Shown here in pieces: positions 49,681 through 60,132 of a stretch of DNA of 64,000 bases. The translations under genes and the position numbers were made by a program. Under the pieces are notes generated by a model, which was not told the origin of the DNA, made no database searches, and worked only from the letters and a program-made list of their open reading frames with translations. Within the stretch, counting starts at the first letter, position 1; every line of letters begins with the position of its first letter. Origin of the DNA: Candidatus Latescibacterota bacterium (lineage in GTDB: Bacteria; Latescibacterota; UBA2968; GCA-2709665); contig OZ250150.1 in NCBI GenBank assembly GCA_965237675.1, positions 160,001 through 224,000 of the forward strand, given 5' to 3'.

Positions 49681-50469
49681 ATGCGGTTAAAGGGGAAGGT
49701 CGCCTGGATTACAGGCGGCGGCGCAGGTATTGGCAGGGCCGCGTCAATGCGGTTCGCGACGGAGGGCGCGAAGGTGGTTGTACTCGAAATGGACCAGGCG
49801 CGTGGGCAGGCCGTCATTGAATCGATCCACCGGGCGGACGGCGAGGCGGCGCTCGTGGTGGGCAGCGCAACAGATGAGGCGGACGTGAACCGCGCGATCG
49901 AAATGGCCATGAAAAGGTATGGCGGCCTTGATATTCTGGTGAACAATGCCTATTATTGCCATGGTACTCATGTCCTGGAGATCGAGCCGGAATTATGGGA
50001 CCGAAATATCGAGGGATGCCTGAAGAGCGCCTATCTGTGCAGCCGGGCGGCGCTTCCGCATATGATCCATCGCGGTGCCGGATCGATTGTGAATATATCG
50101 TCCGTCAATGCGATCATGTCGTATGGCGAAAGTGCGTATAGCGCGGCAAAGGCAGGCGTCATTTCACTCACGAAAACAATGGCGGTGGATTACGGCCCGG
50201 AGGGGGTGCGGGTGAATGCAATCTGCCCGGGAACCATTGACACGGAAGGGTGGCAGCCCGTACTGGAAAAGGATCCGGAAATATTCGAACGCATTGCGCA
50301 GGTCTATCCCCTCAAGCGCGTCGGAAAACCCGAGGAAATCGCCAACGTCGCGCTCTTTCTGGCCTCGGACGAGGCATCGTTCGTTACCGGTGCGGTTGTT
50401 GTCGCCGATGGGGGCGTGACATCGGGAAATCCGGCTTTTCTGGATCATGTAGCGGGTAAACTCTCGTGA
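49681..50469 (+). CDS. Short-chain dehydrogenase/reductase
   Basis: TGGGAGIG, LVNNA, YSAAK, VRVNAICPG, VADGG. Confidence 0.95.
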   Translation: MRLKGKVAWITGGGAGIGRAASMRFATEGAKVVVLEMDQARGQAVIESIHRADGEAALVVGSATDEADVNRAIEMAMKRYGGLDILVNNAYYCHGTHVLEIEPELWDRNIEGCLKSAYLCSRAALPHMIHRGAGSIVNISSVNAIMSYGESAYSAAKAGVISLTKTMAVDYGPEGVRVNAICPGTIDTEGWQPVLEKDPEIFERIAQVYPLKRVGKPEEIANVALFLASDEASFVTGAVVVADGGVTSGNPAFLDHVAGKLS

Positions 50470-51404
50470 GCATAACCCTTCGAGTGCGCGATGCGTCCGT
50501 TTCAATTCAGGATCTCGTGGACTTGATGGCGCGTTGTGCCGACGGGGGTGGAGACGTGACGCCGCCAACCATGGAGACCCTCGAAAATCTGCGTAGTGAC
50601 GAGATTGTGCTGGCGTTCGATGGGCCGACGCCCGTGGGTGTCTGCTCGCTTTCATTGGACGGAGGTAGCGGATACGCGGTGCTGAGATTCCTGGGAGTCC
50701 TCCCCGAACAACGCCGCGCGGGTGTGGGACGCCGGCTCCTGGTGTACGCCGAGGCCGTCGCCGGGGAAAAGGGGCACGAAGCACTGCGGACGGGCACGAA
50801 CATCGCCAGCGACGACGTTGCGGCGGTTCGACTGCTTGAACGGACAGGCTGGAAACCCATGTTCGGCGCGGGGTTGCGAATGTGGCGTGAACTCACGGAC
50901 CTTCCCGAGGCGAAACCGCCGCCGGGGTACCGAATCAGGACTTACGAAACGGGCGACGATTCGGCATTCGTTCGGATCAAGAATGCCGCTTTCTTGAGTG
51001 AAGGCGGCGGCCGGGCGTGGACGGAAGTGGACTTCCAGAAAGAATATCTCGACTCACCGTATTTCGAGCCGGCGCGGGTCCTGTTTGCTATTTGCAACGG
51101 TGAACCCGTGGGCACGACCACGGCTTGGACGGCGATGAATTGGGGCAAGGAAGTCGGTCTGATTCACTGGGTGGCGGTTGTACCGGAACACCGGAGAAAA
51201 GGTTTGGGGTGGGTGTTGAACGTCCGGGCGGTGCATAAATTGAAGGAACTGGGGTACGGGGATGCGATCCTGAACACCAGCGAAACGCTGGAATCGGCCG
51301 TTCGCCTGTACCACCGGCTGGGTTTTGAGGTGGTTGTCCGGCGCGCGGTTTACGAGAAGCCGCTGGGTGGAGGTCGCAAACCGTCCTTCATTTCACAGAA
51401 TTGA
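50466..51404 (+). CDS. Tandem GNAT acetyltransferase (MshD-like)
   Basis: Two motif-A repeats: GVLPEQRRAGVG and AVVPEHRRKGLG; AVRLYHRLGF. Confidence 0.88.
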   Translation: MSITLRVRDASVSIQDLVDLMARCADGGGDVTPPTMETLENLRSDEIVLAFDGPTPVGVCSLSLDGGSGYAVLRFLGVLPEQRRAGVGRRLLVYAEAVAGEKGHEALRTGTNIASDDVAAVRLLERTGWKPMFGAGLRMWRELTDLPEAKPPPGYRIRTYETGDDSAFVRIKNAAFLSEGGGRAWTEVDFQKEYLDSPYFEPARVLFAICNGEPVGTTTAWTAMNWGKEVGLIHWVAVVPEHRRKGLGWVLNVRAVHKLKELGYGDAILNTSETLESAVRLYHRLGFEVVVRRAVYEKPLGGGRKPSFISQN

Positions 51405-51446
51405 ACGCTGCAGCGTGGAATCTGGCCGGGTGAGAGGCTGACGGAA

Positions 51447-51965
51447 ATGAAGGGGCGGCTGGGAATACTATTGATCTTCTGCCTGGGCTGTGGATCGTCG
51501 GATCCCGTAGGGGTCGTTGAACCGAGACCCGACGCCACGGGTGTGATGGTGTCGGTTGCGGTATTGGATCTGAATACGTACCTGGTAAACGTCTCGCGAA
51601 CCTACGAAACGGTGAATCTGATGAATGCCGAATTCGGGTCCATCACCCAGGGATGGTCGGGCGGCGTGGTTTCGAGGTACTGGACACGGCAGTTCATGTC
51701 GAATTTGATCGCCCGTTTGGAGACTTTGCAGGTGCAGGTACGGGACATTCGGCCGAACGATAGCGAATTGCGGCGGATTCACGCCAGCTACGAGCAGGGG
51801 CTGGCCACCTTCCGCGAGGCGTTTGACGCATTTGTTAACCTGATCGATTTCCCTACGTCTGAGGGCATCGATGGCGTGAACCTGCTGATATTCAGAGGCA
51901 ATAAGCGCATAGACGAGTTTCAGCTAATGTTGAGCAATCTTGCAGGACGACAAATTCGGTTCTAA
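51447..51965 (+). CDS. Hypothetical lipoprotein
   Basis: Lipobox-like LLIFCLGC; helical body. Confidence 0.7.
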   Translation: MKGRLGILLIFCLGCGSSDPVGVVEPRPDATGVMVSVAVLDLNTYLVNVSRTYETVNLMNAEFGSITQGWSGGVVSRYWTRQFMSNLIARLETLQVQVRDIRPNDSELRRIHASYEQGLATFREAFDAFVNLIDFPTSEGIDGVNLLIFRGNKRIDEFQLMLSNLAGRQIRF

Positions 51966-52260
51966 TCCATTTGTAGCACTTCTGAGGCCCGGATTCGATC
52001 CGACTTCGGTGTGTTGGCAGGGAATTCAAGAATAATCCCCTATTCGATCCTGTCAGCATCCTCTCCCCGTCTTACATTTCATCGCGATGCTTTTCCATCG
52101 ACGTGTAATGATCGCGCTAGCGGACATGCCATCGCAGTCTGCCCGCCCTGGTATGACGCAGACCGATCCGACGATTCCGTCAGAGACAGGAATACTCGTG
52201 AAATATTGTCCAGGCTCCATTCTTCGACCGAACGCAGGCGGCACTGTGCCGAGAGACTTT

Positions 52261-55200
52261 ATGCGCGCGGCAGTCCTGGCCGTGATCGCCCTATGCATCC
52301 TTGGCGCGGCGGCGCCGGCGTGGTCCCAGAACCCGGAACTGGTGCTGTCCGTGTCATCGCTGACTTTGACGGAGGGTTCCAGCGCCAGTTATACGGTTAA
52401 GCTGGAAGCAGAGCCGACGACCACCTTAACGGTGTACATTACCGGTACGTCAGGAACAGACCTTACATTGAACGAAGAATCGCTGACGTTCACCACGGAC
52501 AACTGGAACTCCCCGCAGACGGTAACGGTGTCGGCAGGTGAGGACGGAAACGAGGTCAATGATATCGAGAAGCTGAAGCACATTGTATTTGGAGATTGCT
52601 GCTGCGGACGCCTTAGCGGCGAAATTCCCGTTACCGTGGTCGACAACGAAAGGTTCAATCTGGTGCTTTCGCCTGCCTCGCTGACGGTCGGCGAGGGTGA
52701 AAGCGCCACCTACACCGTCAAGCTGGCGTTGCAACCGACGGGAAACGTGACCGTGACCATCGGCGGTACTTCGGGGACTGACCTTTCGTTGAACAGATCC
52801 ACCCTGACGTTCTCCACCGGCAGCTGGAATTCCCCGCAAACGGTGAGGGTCACCGCGCGCCAGGACGAGAACCGAAGTCATGACAGCGAGACGATCACAC
52901 ACACCGCCTCGGGCGGCGGCTACGGGTCGGTCAGCGAGGATCTCCCGGTTACCGTGACGGACGACGACGTGCCCGATCTGGTGTTTTCGCCCGCCTCGCT
53001 GACAGTCGGCGAGGGAGAAAGCGCCACCTACACGGTCAAGCTGGCGGCACGACCCGATAGTGACGTATCTTTGGACGTAGACGCTTTTTCCGGAGATAAC
53101 CTCACCCTGGACAAGTACGAACTGACGTTCACCACCAACAACTGGAACAACCCCCAGAGGGTGAGAGTGACCGCAGGCCATGACCCTGACGGGGCCAACG
53201 AAAATGCAGGGGTGTGGCACGCGGGCTCGGGCGGCGGCTACGGGTCGGTGTTCAAGTTCATCCACGTTACTGTGACGGACGACGATACACCGGATCTGGT
53301 GTTGTCGGAGCGTTCGCTGACGATCAACGAAGGAGAACATACCACCTACACCGTGAAGCTGGCAATCGTGCCGACGGGCAACGTGACGGTGACCATCGGC
53401 GGCACCTCGGGGACCGACCTTACATTGGACAAGGATGAACTGACGTTCGACACCAACACCTGGAACTCCCCGCAGACGGTGAGGGTCACTGCCGACACGG
53501 ATCCGGACGGAACCAATGACAGCGAGACGCTCACGCACACGGCGTCGGGCGGTGACTATGGGTCGCTGAATAAAGACCTGCCCGTTACCGTGACGGACAA
53601 GGACGCACCCAATCTGCTGCTGACACCCGGCTCGCTGGCGATCGACGAGGGCGACAACAGGACCTATACGGTCAAGCTGACGACCCTGCCCACGGGCGAC
53701 GTGACGGTGACCATCGGCGGCACCTCGGGGACGGACCTTTCGTTGGACAAGAACACCCTGACGTTCACCACCAATACCTGGAGCTCACCCCAGACGGTGA
53801 GGGTGACCGCCGGCACGGACCCGGACGGAGCGAATGACACCGCCACGTTGACACACAGGGCTTCGAACGGTGGCTACGGAGGGGTAAACAAGGACCTTCC
53901 CGTTACGGTGACGGACCCCGACCCGGTGGGGCTGGTCCTGGCGCCGGAATTGCTTGGGATCAACGAGGGCGGAAATGAAACCTACACCGTGAAGCTGGCG
54001 ACGCAGCCGACGGGTCGCGTTACAGTGACCGTCGGCGGCACCGCGGGGACCGACCTTTCGTTAAACAGGTCGTCCGTGACGTTTACCACAACCACATGGA
54101 ATTCGCCGCAGACGGTGAGGGTCACGGCACGCACGGATCCGGACAACATTAATGACAGCGAGACGCTCACGCACACGGCATCGGGGGCCGACTACGGGTC
54201 GGTGAGCAAGGACCTTCCCGTTACCGTGACGGACAAGGACGTGCCCAATCTGTTTCTGTCACCGGGCTCGCTGACGATCGACGAGGAAAACAACAGGACC
54301 TATACCGTCAAGCTCGCGACACAGCCCACGGGTAACGTGACGGTGACCATCGGCGGCACATCGGGGACCGACCTTACATTGGACAAGGATGAACTGACGT
54401 TCGACACCAACACCTGGAACTCCCCCCAGACCGTGAGAGTGACAGCTGACCAGGACCCGGACGGGGCGAATGACAGCGAGACGCTCACGCACAGGGCCTC
54501 GGGCGGCGGCTACGGGTCGGTGAGCAAGGACCTTCCCGTGACCGTGACAGACAATGATACGCCGGATCTATTGCTTTCGGAGCGATCGCTGACGATCAAC
54601 GAGGGAGAAAATACCACCTACACCGTAAAGCTGGCGACACAGCCGACGGCCACCGTGACGGTGACCATCGGCGGCTGGTCGGGGACCGACCTCAGTTTGA
54701 ACAATTCCGCATTAACATTCACCAGAACAACCTGGAACTCCCCGCAGACGGTGAGGGTCACAGCCGACACGGATCCGGACGGAACCAATGACAGCGGGAC
54801 ACTCACGCACACGGCGTCGGGCGGTGACTATGGGTCGCTGAATAAAGGCCTGCCCGTTACCGTGACGGATAAGGACGCGCCCAATCTGTTGCTGACGCCC
54901 ACCTCGCTGACGATCGACGAGGGTAGCAACGAAACTTATACCGTCAAGCTGGCAACGCTGCCTTCCGCCGACGTGACGGTCACCATTCGGATTCCGTCGG
55001 GGACGGACCTTTCGTTGGACAAGAAAACCCTGACGTTCACCACCAATACCTGGAGCTCCCCTCAGACGGTGATAGTGACCGCCGGCCAGGATCCGGACGG
55101 GGCGAACGATACCGCCACGCTCACGCACACGGCCTCGGGCGGCGACTACGGATCGGTGAGGGCCGACCTCTCGGTTACGGTGACCGACAACGACCCGGTG

Positions 55201-58200
55201 GGAATGGTGCTGTCTCCGGTGTTACTGGAGGTCAACGAAGGCGAAAGCGCCACCTATACCGTCAAATTGGAGACACAGCCCACGGGTAACGTGACCGTGA
55301 CCATCGGAGGCTGGCCGGGGACCGACCTTTCGCTGAACAGGACCTCCGTAACGTTCACCAGGTCGACCTGGAACTCCCCGCAGACGGTGAGGGTCACGGC
55401 ACGCACAGACGCGGACATGGCAAATGACAGCGAGACGCTCACGCACACGGCCTCGGGGGGCGACTACGGGTCGGTAACCAAAGACCTTCCCGTTGCCGTG
55501 ACGGACAAGGACGTGCCCAATCTGTTTCTGTCGCCTGGCTCGCTGACAATCGACGAGGGAGACGACAAGACCTATACCCTCAAGCTGGCGACGCTGCCCA
55601 CGGGTGACGTGACGGTGACCATTGGTGGCATTTCGGGAACCGTCCTTACATTGGACAAGAATGAACTGACGTTCACCACCACGACATGGAACTCCCCCCA
55701 GACCGTGAGGGTAACGGCTGACGAGGACACGGACAAGACCGATGACAGAGAGACGCTCACGCACACGGCGTCGGGCGGCGGCTACGGAGGGGTCAACAAG
55801 GACCTCCCCGTGACCATTAACGACAACGATAAGCCGCGCTTGATCCTCTCGCGGAATTCGCTGACGATCACGGAGGGCGGAAGCGGCACCTACACGGTAA
55901 AACTGGCGACGCCGCCTGCCGCCGGCGTGACGGTGACCATTGGCGGCACCTCGGGGACCGACCTTTCCTTGAACAATGCCACACTGACGTTCGACACCAA
56001 CACCTGGAACTCTCCGCAGACGGTGAGGGTGACGGCCGGCCAGGACACGGACACGACGAATGACAGCGCGACGCTGACGCACATGGCCTCGGGCGGCGGC
56101 TACGATTCGGTGAGCAAGTACCTCCCCGTCACAGTGACGGACAACGATACGAGCCAGAGGCGGGTGGTGACAGCGGTGCAGGTGTCGTTTGCGCGCGCGA
56201 CCTACACGGCGACGGAAGGTGGTGGCACGGCGACGGTGAGCCTGTCATTGAACAAGAACCCCAGGCGTAAAGTGGTGGTCCCGCTGACGGTCACGATGAA
56301 TGGCGGCGCAACACTGGACGACTACACCGGTGTGCCGGAAAGCATCACGTTCTATAACGACCAATTGAAAAAGACCTTTGACGTCACCGCCACCGACGAC
56401 GCCGTAAACGATGACGGCGAGAGCCTGACTATCGGCTTCGGCAGATTGCCAAGTGGGGTCAGCACGGGCAGTCATGCGACGTCACTGATAAACCTGCGGG
56501 ACAACGACGCTGTGGTCAGAGTGTATTTCGACCAGCCGACCTATACGGCTGAAGAGGGTGGCGCCGCCGCAACCGTGCTCGTACGCCTGAGCAAGGATGC
56601 CATACGCGACGTAACGATTCCATTGACAGCGGTTTTTGAAGGCGGCGCGACGGAAAACGACGTTGTCGGTGTGCCGGAGCAAATCACCTTTGGTCGTGGA
56701 GAATCGGAAAAGACCTTCAATGTCACCGCCACGGACGACGACGTGGATGACGACGGTGAGAGCCTGACACTCGGGTTCGGCACGTTGCCAGACGGGTTCG
56801 ATCCAGGCAAGACTGCCACGACTTCAGTCAATATCAGGGACAACGATGACCCGGTGGTTACTGTATCTTTCGGCCAGGCGACCTACGAAGGTGTGGAAGG
56901 CGGCGGCGCCGTGGTCGTTCGAGTGCGTTTGAGCGCGGATCCCGAGCGGCAGGTCTCGATTCCATTGACGGCGACACCGGGTAACGGCGCCACGGCAAGT
57001 GATTTCTCCGATGTGCCCGAAAGCATTGTCTTCACCAGCGGCCAGACGGCAAAGGACTTCGTTGTTACGGTTATCGATGACGACATAGACGACGACGGCG
57101 AAACCCTGACTTTCGCCATTGGCACCCTGCCCGAAAGGGTCAATGTGGGAAGTCCCTCAACGACTGTCCTGCGCCTTTCCGACAATGACGATCCGGTGGT
57201 AACGATCTCATTTGGCGCGGAGGAATACACGGCCGAAGAGGGCGGCCAGGCGGCAAGTATAACCTTGAGTATGAGCGCAGACCCCGAACGCCGGGTCACC
57301 ATTCCACTGAACGTGACTCCTGGTAACGGCGCCACAGAGGCGGACTACAGAGTATCGCCGAACGTGACCTTTGACAGCGGCGAAACGGAAAAGACAGTTG
57401 AACTGGTCGCGGTTGATGACGACGTCGACGATGACGGCGAGACCGTGGCGCTCGCATTTGGCGCCCTCCCGGCCATGGTCAACGCCGGTGACCGCACGAC
57501 CGCCACCGTTACGTTGACCGACAACGACGAACGCGGTGTGATCGTATCGGTTTCGGAATTGGCGATTCCCGAAGGGGATGCCGGCAGCTATTCGGTAGCG
57601 CTGCGCAGCAGGCCGACAGGTACGGTTACTATAAATGTGACGGGTATGGAAAATACCGACGTGTCGGTAGACCCGTCTCAATTGACGTTCACGGCGCAGG
57701 ACTGGGACGTTCCACAAGAGGTCGGAGTCCGCACGCAGGACGACGACGACGCGGTCGCGGATCGGGTGACGTTAAATCACGTGGCGAGCGGAGGGGACTA
57801 CGGGAACGTGGTGGCGCCGTCCGTCGTCGTAACGGTCATCGAAGACGAAATGCCGGCGATGACCGTGGGGAACCAGCGTGCCACAGAAGGCGCGGGGGCG
57901 ATGGTATTCACCGTTACACTGGATATGCCGAGCAGTGAAGAAGCCACCGTGAAATACGCAACCTCCAACGGCACGGCATTGGCAGGCGAGGACTACAGGA
58001 CAACGCAGGGCACCCTGCGCTTTGCCGCGTTGCAGACGCGGCAGACGATCAGCGTGTCGCTCATCGACGATAGTGTAGATGAAGACCCGGAGACGTTCAC
58101 ACTGTCGCTGACCGAGCCTGTGAATGCGACGCTGAGTGTCGGCAGGGCGGTTGCTACGGGAACGATAGATGACAACGATGCCGCATCGGAAGCGCTGGAG

Positions 58201-59661
58201 GTATTGCTATCCAGTGTGGGAAGGATGGTGGCGACGGATGTGATTCACGTTGTCAGCGGGCGATTTGATCAACCCGAAGGGGTTGATCCTGCGCTCACGC
58301 TGAACGGCTTGCCGGTGGAATTGAATGGCGGGAAGGAACCTGGTAGCGCGAAGGATGCCACGGCTCCGGGCAACACCTTGACATGGGGATCGGATGCGGA
58401 TATCTGGATGCCGCTGGAAACGCAGATTTCCCACCCCTATGGTCTAAGCGTACCGGCGTCTCATCTGCGCGAGGTCGATGTCTGGGATGTGCTGTCGGAC
58501 AGCGACTTCGAGATGCCGCTTAAGCGCGCGGACAGAGTCAGTTCCTGGATCCTCTGGGGACAGGTCACACTGACCGGTTTTTCGAGTCTGCCGAACGCCA
58601 TACGCAGGATGGACGCGGATGGCTTCACCGGCTATCTCGGCGTTGAGTACCGGATGCGAGAGAATCTGCTGTTGGGAATGGCGCTGACGCACAGCAGGGG
58701 CGATCTGGACTATAACAACGTTAACTCCCGAAACACACTCGTGCCCAGCGATTATGGCATTACCAGTCTCCTGCCCTATGTCCACGTGCAAGTACGCCCC
58801 AGGTTGGGTATTTGGGGATTGAGCGGCTATGGGCGCGGCAGCTCGGATATGAGGGACCTGATCGGGTTCCACGACGCGGACATGACACTGCTGATGGGGG
58901 CGGCAGGGGCCAGGCAGGACCTGTCCAGGTGGCATGGCATCGGCTTCGCGGTGAAGGGAGACGCCTTTTTCGTGCGGACCGAATCTGATGGGAGCGCACG
59001 GTTGCCGGAAATTCGTGTCGATGCCAAGCGGGTACGCTTGATGATTGAAGGCCGGCGGACCCTCGCCTTCGATCCCGTATTGCGTCTGACGCCGAGTGTT
59101 GAAATTGGCGGGCGATGGGACCGGGGGCATATTGAGAATGGTGCGGGCATAGACGTAGGCGGTGGCATTCAAATCGCACACGCAGAGCGCGGCGTCAGCC
59201 TGTCCACACGCTTGCGATATCTGTTGGTACACCAGCAGGACGCCCGCGAGGAATGGGGCGTCAGTCTGATTTTGCGGGTCGATCCGGGATTGGCCAGACA
59301 GGGAGTTGTGCTGGATGTATCGCCGGTTTGGGGTGCGCAGGGCAGTGGTGCGGAAGCCATATGGCGTAGCCGGGCGGGCCTGGGGATTGGGAGTCTGGCG
59401 GGGCCGGAGCGTGCGACGAACGTGAGACCGGACCGCATGGAATTCAATTTTGGATACCGGCTGTTGACGCAGGAAAGGAAAGCGTCGCTGACCCCATACG
59501 GTGGGTGGACAACGGGTGTCCTCGGTTTTCAGAGGTATCGCGTAGGGAGCCGGCTGGTTGTTGGAAGGGGTGTAGATATGAATCTCGAAGGTATGCGCCA
59601 GAAAAGTGCAGCGGGTCCCGGCGCCTATGGGTTGATGCTGCGAGGGCGGATGAGATGGTAG
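52261..59661 (+). CDS. Giant surface adhesin: ~18 Ig-like/Calx-beta repeats plus C-terminal autotransporter beta-barrel
   Basis: Signal peptide MRAAVLAVIALCILGAAAPAWSQ; 106-aa repeats (LTFT..WNSPQTVRVTA..D.D); Calx-beta-type DDDVDDDGE motifs; barrel with PSVEIGGRWDRG and terminal Trp. Confidence 0.88.
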   Translation: MRAAVLAVIALCILGAAAPAWSQNPELVLSVSSLTLTEGSSASYTVKLEAEPTTTLTVYITGTSGTDLTLNEESLTFTTDNWNSPQTVTVSAGEDGNEVNDIEKLKHIVFGDCCCGRLSGEIPVTVVDNERFNLVLSPASLTVGEGESATYTVKLALQPTGNVTVTIGGTSGTDLSLNRSTLTFSTGSWNSPQTVRVTARQDENRSHDSETITHTASGGGYGSVSEDLPVTVTDDDVPDLVFSPASLTVGEGESATYTVKLAARPDSDVSLDVDAFSGDNLTLDKYELTFTTNNWNNPQRVRVTAGHDPDGANENAGVWHAGSGGGYGSVFKFIHVTVTDDDTPDLVLSERSLTINEGEHTTYTVKLAIVPTGNVTVTIGGTSGTDLTLDKDELTFDTNTWNSPQTVRVTADTDPDGTNDSETLTHTASGGDYGSLNKDLPVTVTDKDAPNLLLTPGSLAIDEGDNRTYTVKLTTLPTGDVTVTIGGTSGTDLSLDKNTLTFTTNTWSSPQTVRVTAGTDPDGANDTATLTHRASNGGYGGVNKDLPVTVTDPDPVGLVLAPELLGINEGGNETYTVKLATQPTGRVTVTVGGTAGTDLSLNRSSVTFTTTTWNSPQTVRVTARTDPDNINDSETLTHTASGADYGSVSKDLPVTVTDKDVPNLFLSPGSLTIDEENNRTYTVKLATQPTGNVTVTIGGTSGTDLTLDKDELTFDTNTWNSPQTVRVTADQDPDGANDSETLTHRASGGGYGSVSKDLPVTVTDNDTPDLLLSERSLTINEGENTTYTVKLATQPTATVTVTIGGWSGTDLSLNNSALTFTRTTWNSPQTVRVTADTDPDGTNDSGTLTHTASGGDYGSLNKGLPVTVTDKDAPNLLLTPTSLTIDEGSNETYTVKLATLPSADVTVTIRIPSGTDLSLDKKTLTFTTNTWSSPQTVIVTAGQDPDGANDTATLTHTASGGDYGSVRADLSVTVTDNDPVGMVLSPVLLEVNEGESATYTVKLETQPTGNVTVTIGGWPGTDLSLNRTSVTFTRSTWNSPQTVRVTARTDADMANDSETLTHTASGGDYGSVTKDLPVAVTDKDVPNLFLSPGSLTIDEGDDKTYTLKLATLPTGDVTVTIGGISGTVLTLDKNELTFTTTTWNSPQTVRVTADEDTDKTDDRETLTHTASGGGYGGVNKDLPVTINDNDKPRLILSRNSLTITEGGSGTYTVKLATPPAAGVTVTIGGTSGTDLSLNNATLTFDTNTWNSPQTVRVTAGQDTDTTNDSATLTHMASGGGYDSVSKYLPVTVTDNDTSQRRVVTAVQVSFARATYTATEGGGTATVSLSLNKNPRRKVVVPLTVTMNGGATLDDYTGVPESITFYNDQLKKTFDVTATDDAVNDDGESLTIGFGRLPSGVSTGSHATSLINLRDNDAVVRVYFDQPTYTAEEGGAAATVLVRLSKDAIRDVTIPLTAVFEGGATENDVVGVPEQITFGRGESEKTFNVTATDDDVDDDGESLTLGFGTLPDGFDPGKTATTSVNIRDNDDPVVTVSFGQATYEGVEGGGAVVVRVRLSADPERQVSIPLTATPGNGATASDFSDVPESIVFTSGQTAKDFVVTVIDDDIDDDGETLTFAIGTLPERVNVGSPSTTVLRLSDNDDPVVTISFGAEEYTAEEGGQAASITLSMSADPERRVTIPLNVTPGNGATEADYRVSPNVTFDSGETEKTVELVAVDDDVDDDGETVALAFGALPAMVNAGDRTTATVTLTDNDERGVIVSVSELAIPEGDAGSYSVALRSRPTGTVTINVTGMENTDVSVDPSQLTFTAQDWDVPQEVGVRTQDDDDAVADRVTLNHVASGGDYGNVVAPSVVVTVIEDEMPAMTVGNQRATEGAGAMVFTVTLDMPSSEEATVKYATSNGTALAGEDYRTTQGTLRFAALQTRQTISVSLIDDSVDEDPETFTLSLTEPVNATLSVGRAVATGTIDDNDAASEALEVLLSSVGRMVATDVIHVVSGRFDQPEGVDPALTLNGLPVELNGGKEPGSAKDATAPGNTLTWGSDADIWMPLETQISHPYGLSVPASHLREVDVWDVLSDSDFEMPLKRADRVSSWILWGQVTLTGFSSLPNAIRRMDADGFTGYLGVEYRMRENLLLGMALTHSRGDLDYNNVNSRNTLVPSDYGITSLLPYVHVQVRPRLGIWGLSGYGRGSSDMRDLIGFHDADMTLLMGAAGARQDLSRWHGIGFAVKGDAFFVRTESDGSARLPEIRVDAKRVRLMIEGRRTLAFDPVLRLTPSVEIGGRWDRGHIENGAGIDVGGGIQIAHAERGVSLSTRLRYLLVHQQDAREEWGVSLILRVDPGLARQGVVLDVSPVWGAQGSGAEAIWRSRAGLGIGSLAGPERATNVRPDRMEFNFGYRLLTQERKASLTPYGGWTTGVLGFQRYRVGSRLVVGRGVDMNLEGMRQKSAAGPGAYGLMLRGRMRW
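52657..56150 (+). repeat. Eleven 318-bp intragenic tandem repeats (plus a diverged first unit)
   Basis: Unit starts at 52657, 52975, 53293 ... 54565 ... 55837. Confidence 0.9.
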
Positions 59662-59689
59662 GTGGGGAGAAGCAAATTCAACATCCACT

Positions 59690-59885
59690 TCTCCCAAATT
59701 CCCTGCCTCCGGCGGGTTCCTTTTGACACGACCAAAAGGAATCAAAAGTCGCCGCTGGGCACGGAGCCTGCCATATGCATAGCGCGAATCGCCTCAGAGG
59801 TGGTTCGCGGAAAAGCAGCCCCGCGGCGTCTGAGCGGCGCCGTTCTTTTTGGCCCTTTTTCTTTGGCGAGAAAGAAAAAGGGCGT
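59690..59885. repeat. Structured intergenic repeat with two T-rich/A-rich hairpins
   Basis: ttccttttgacacgaccaaaaggaa and ccctttttctttggcgagaaagaaaaaggg. Confidence 0.5.
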
Positions 59886-60009
59886 AAGAAAATAGGGATT
59901 TAGATCCTCCGCCCAGGGCGGGTCCTTTCAGGACCCTTTTTTTATTTTTCGTCAGACGACGGGCCTGGTGGCCGTTCTTTTTTGGGAAGAGTACTTAATC
60001 TTCACTAAA

Positions 60010-60042
60010 TTTACCGAACCCGAGCCCTACAACATGTGTCTT
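60010..60042 (+). promoter_or_regulatory. Conserved GWxTD upstream motif, copy B
   Basis: TTTACCGAACC-N15-GTGTCTT. Confidence 0.7.
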
Positions 60043-60132
60043 ACGATTAGGAACGGGCACATGCCGAATCTCCGTGGCAGGCGGCGCCTTATGCCGACCG
60101 ACCTCGACCAAACCATCAACTTCAAGGCAGGG

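Noticed and set aside
52657-56150. Periodic repeats as a CRISPR array or DGR template
   Set aside because: The 318-bp units are in-frame coding domains; there are no unique spacers, cas genes or reverse transcriptase in the window.
59968-60060. N-terminal extensions in the ORF track (also 52087, 39364, 37680, 15984, 11937, 5575, 20442)
   Set aside because: They overlap promoter-like sequence or precede the family-typical or signal-peptide start; downstream starts fit better.
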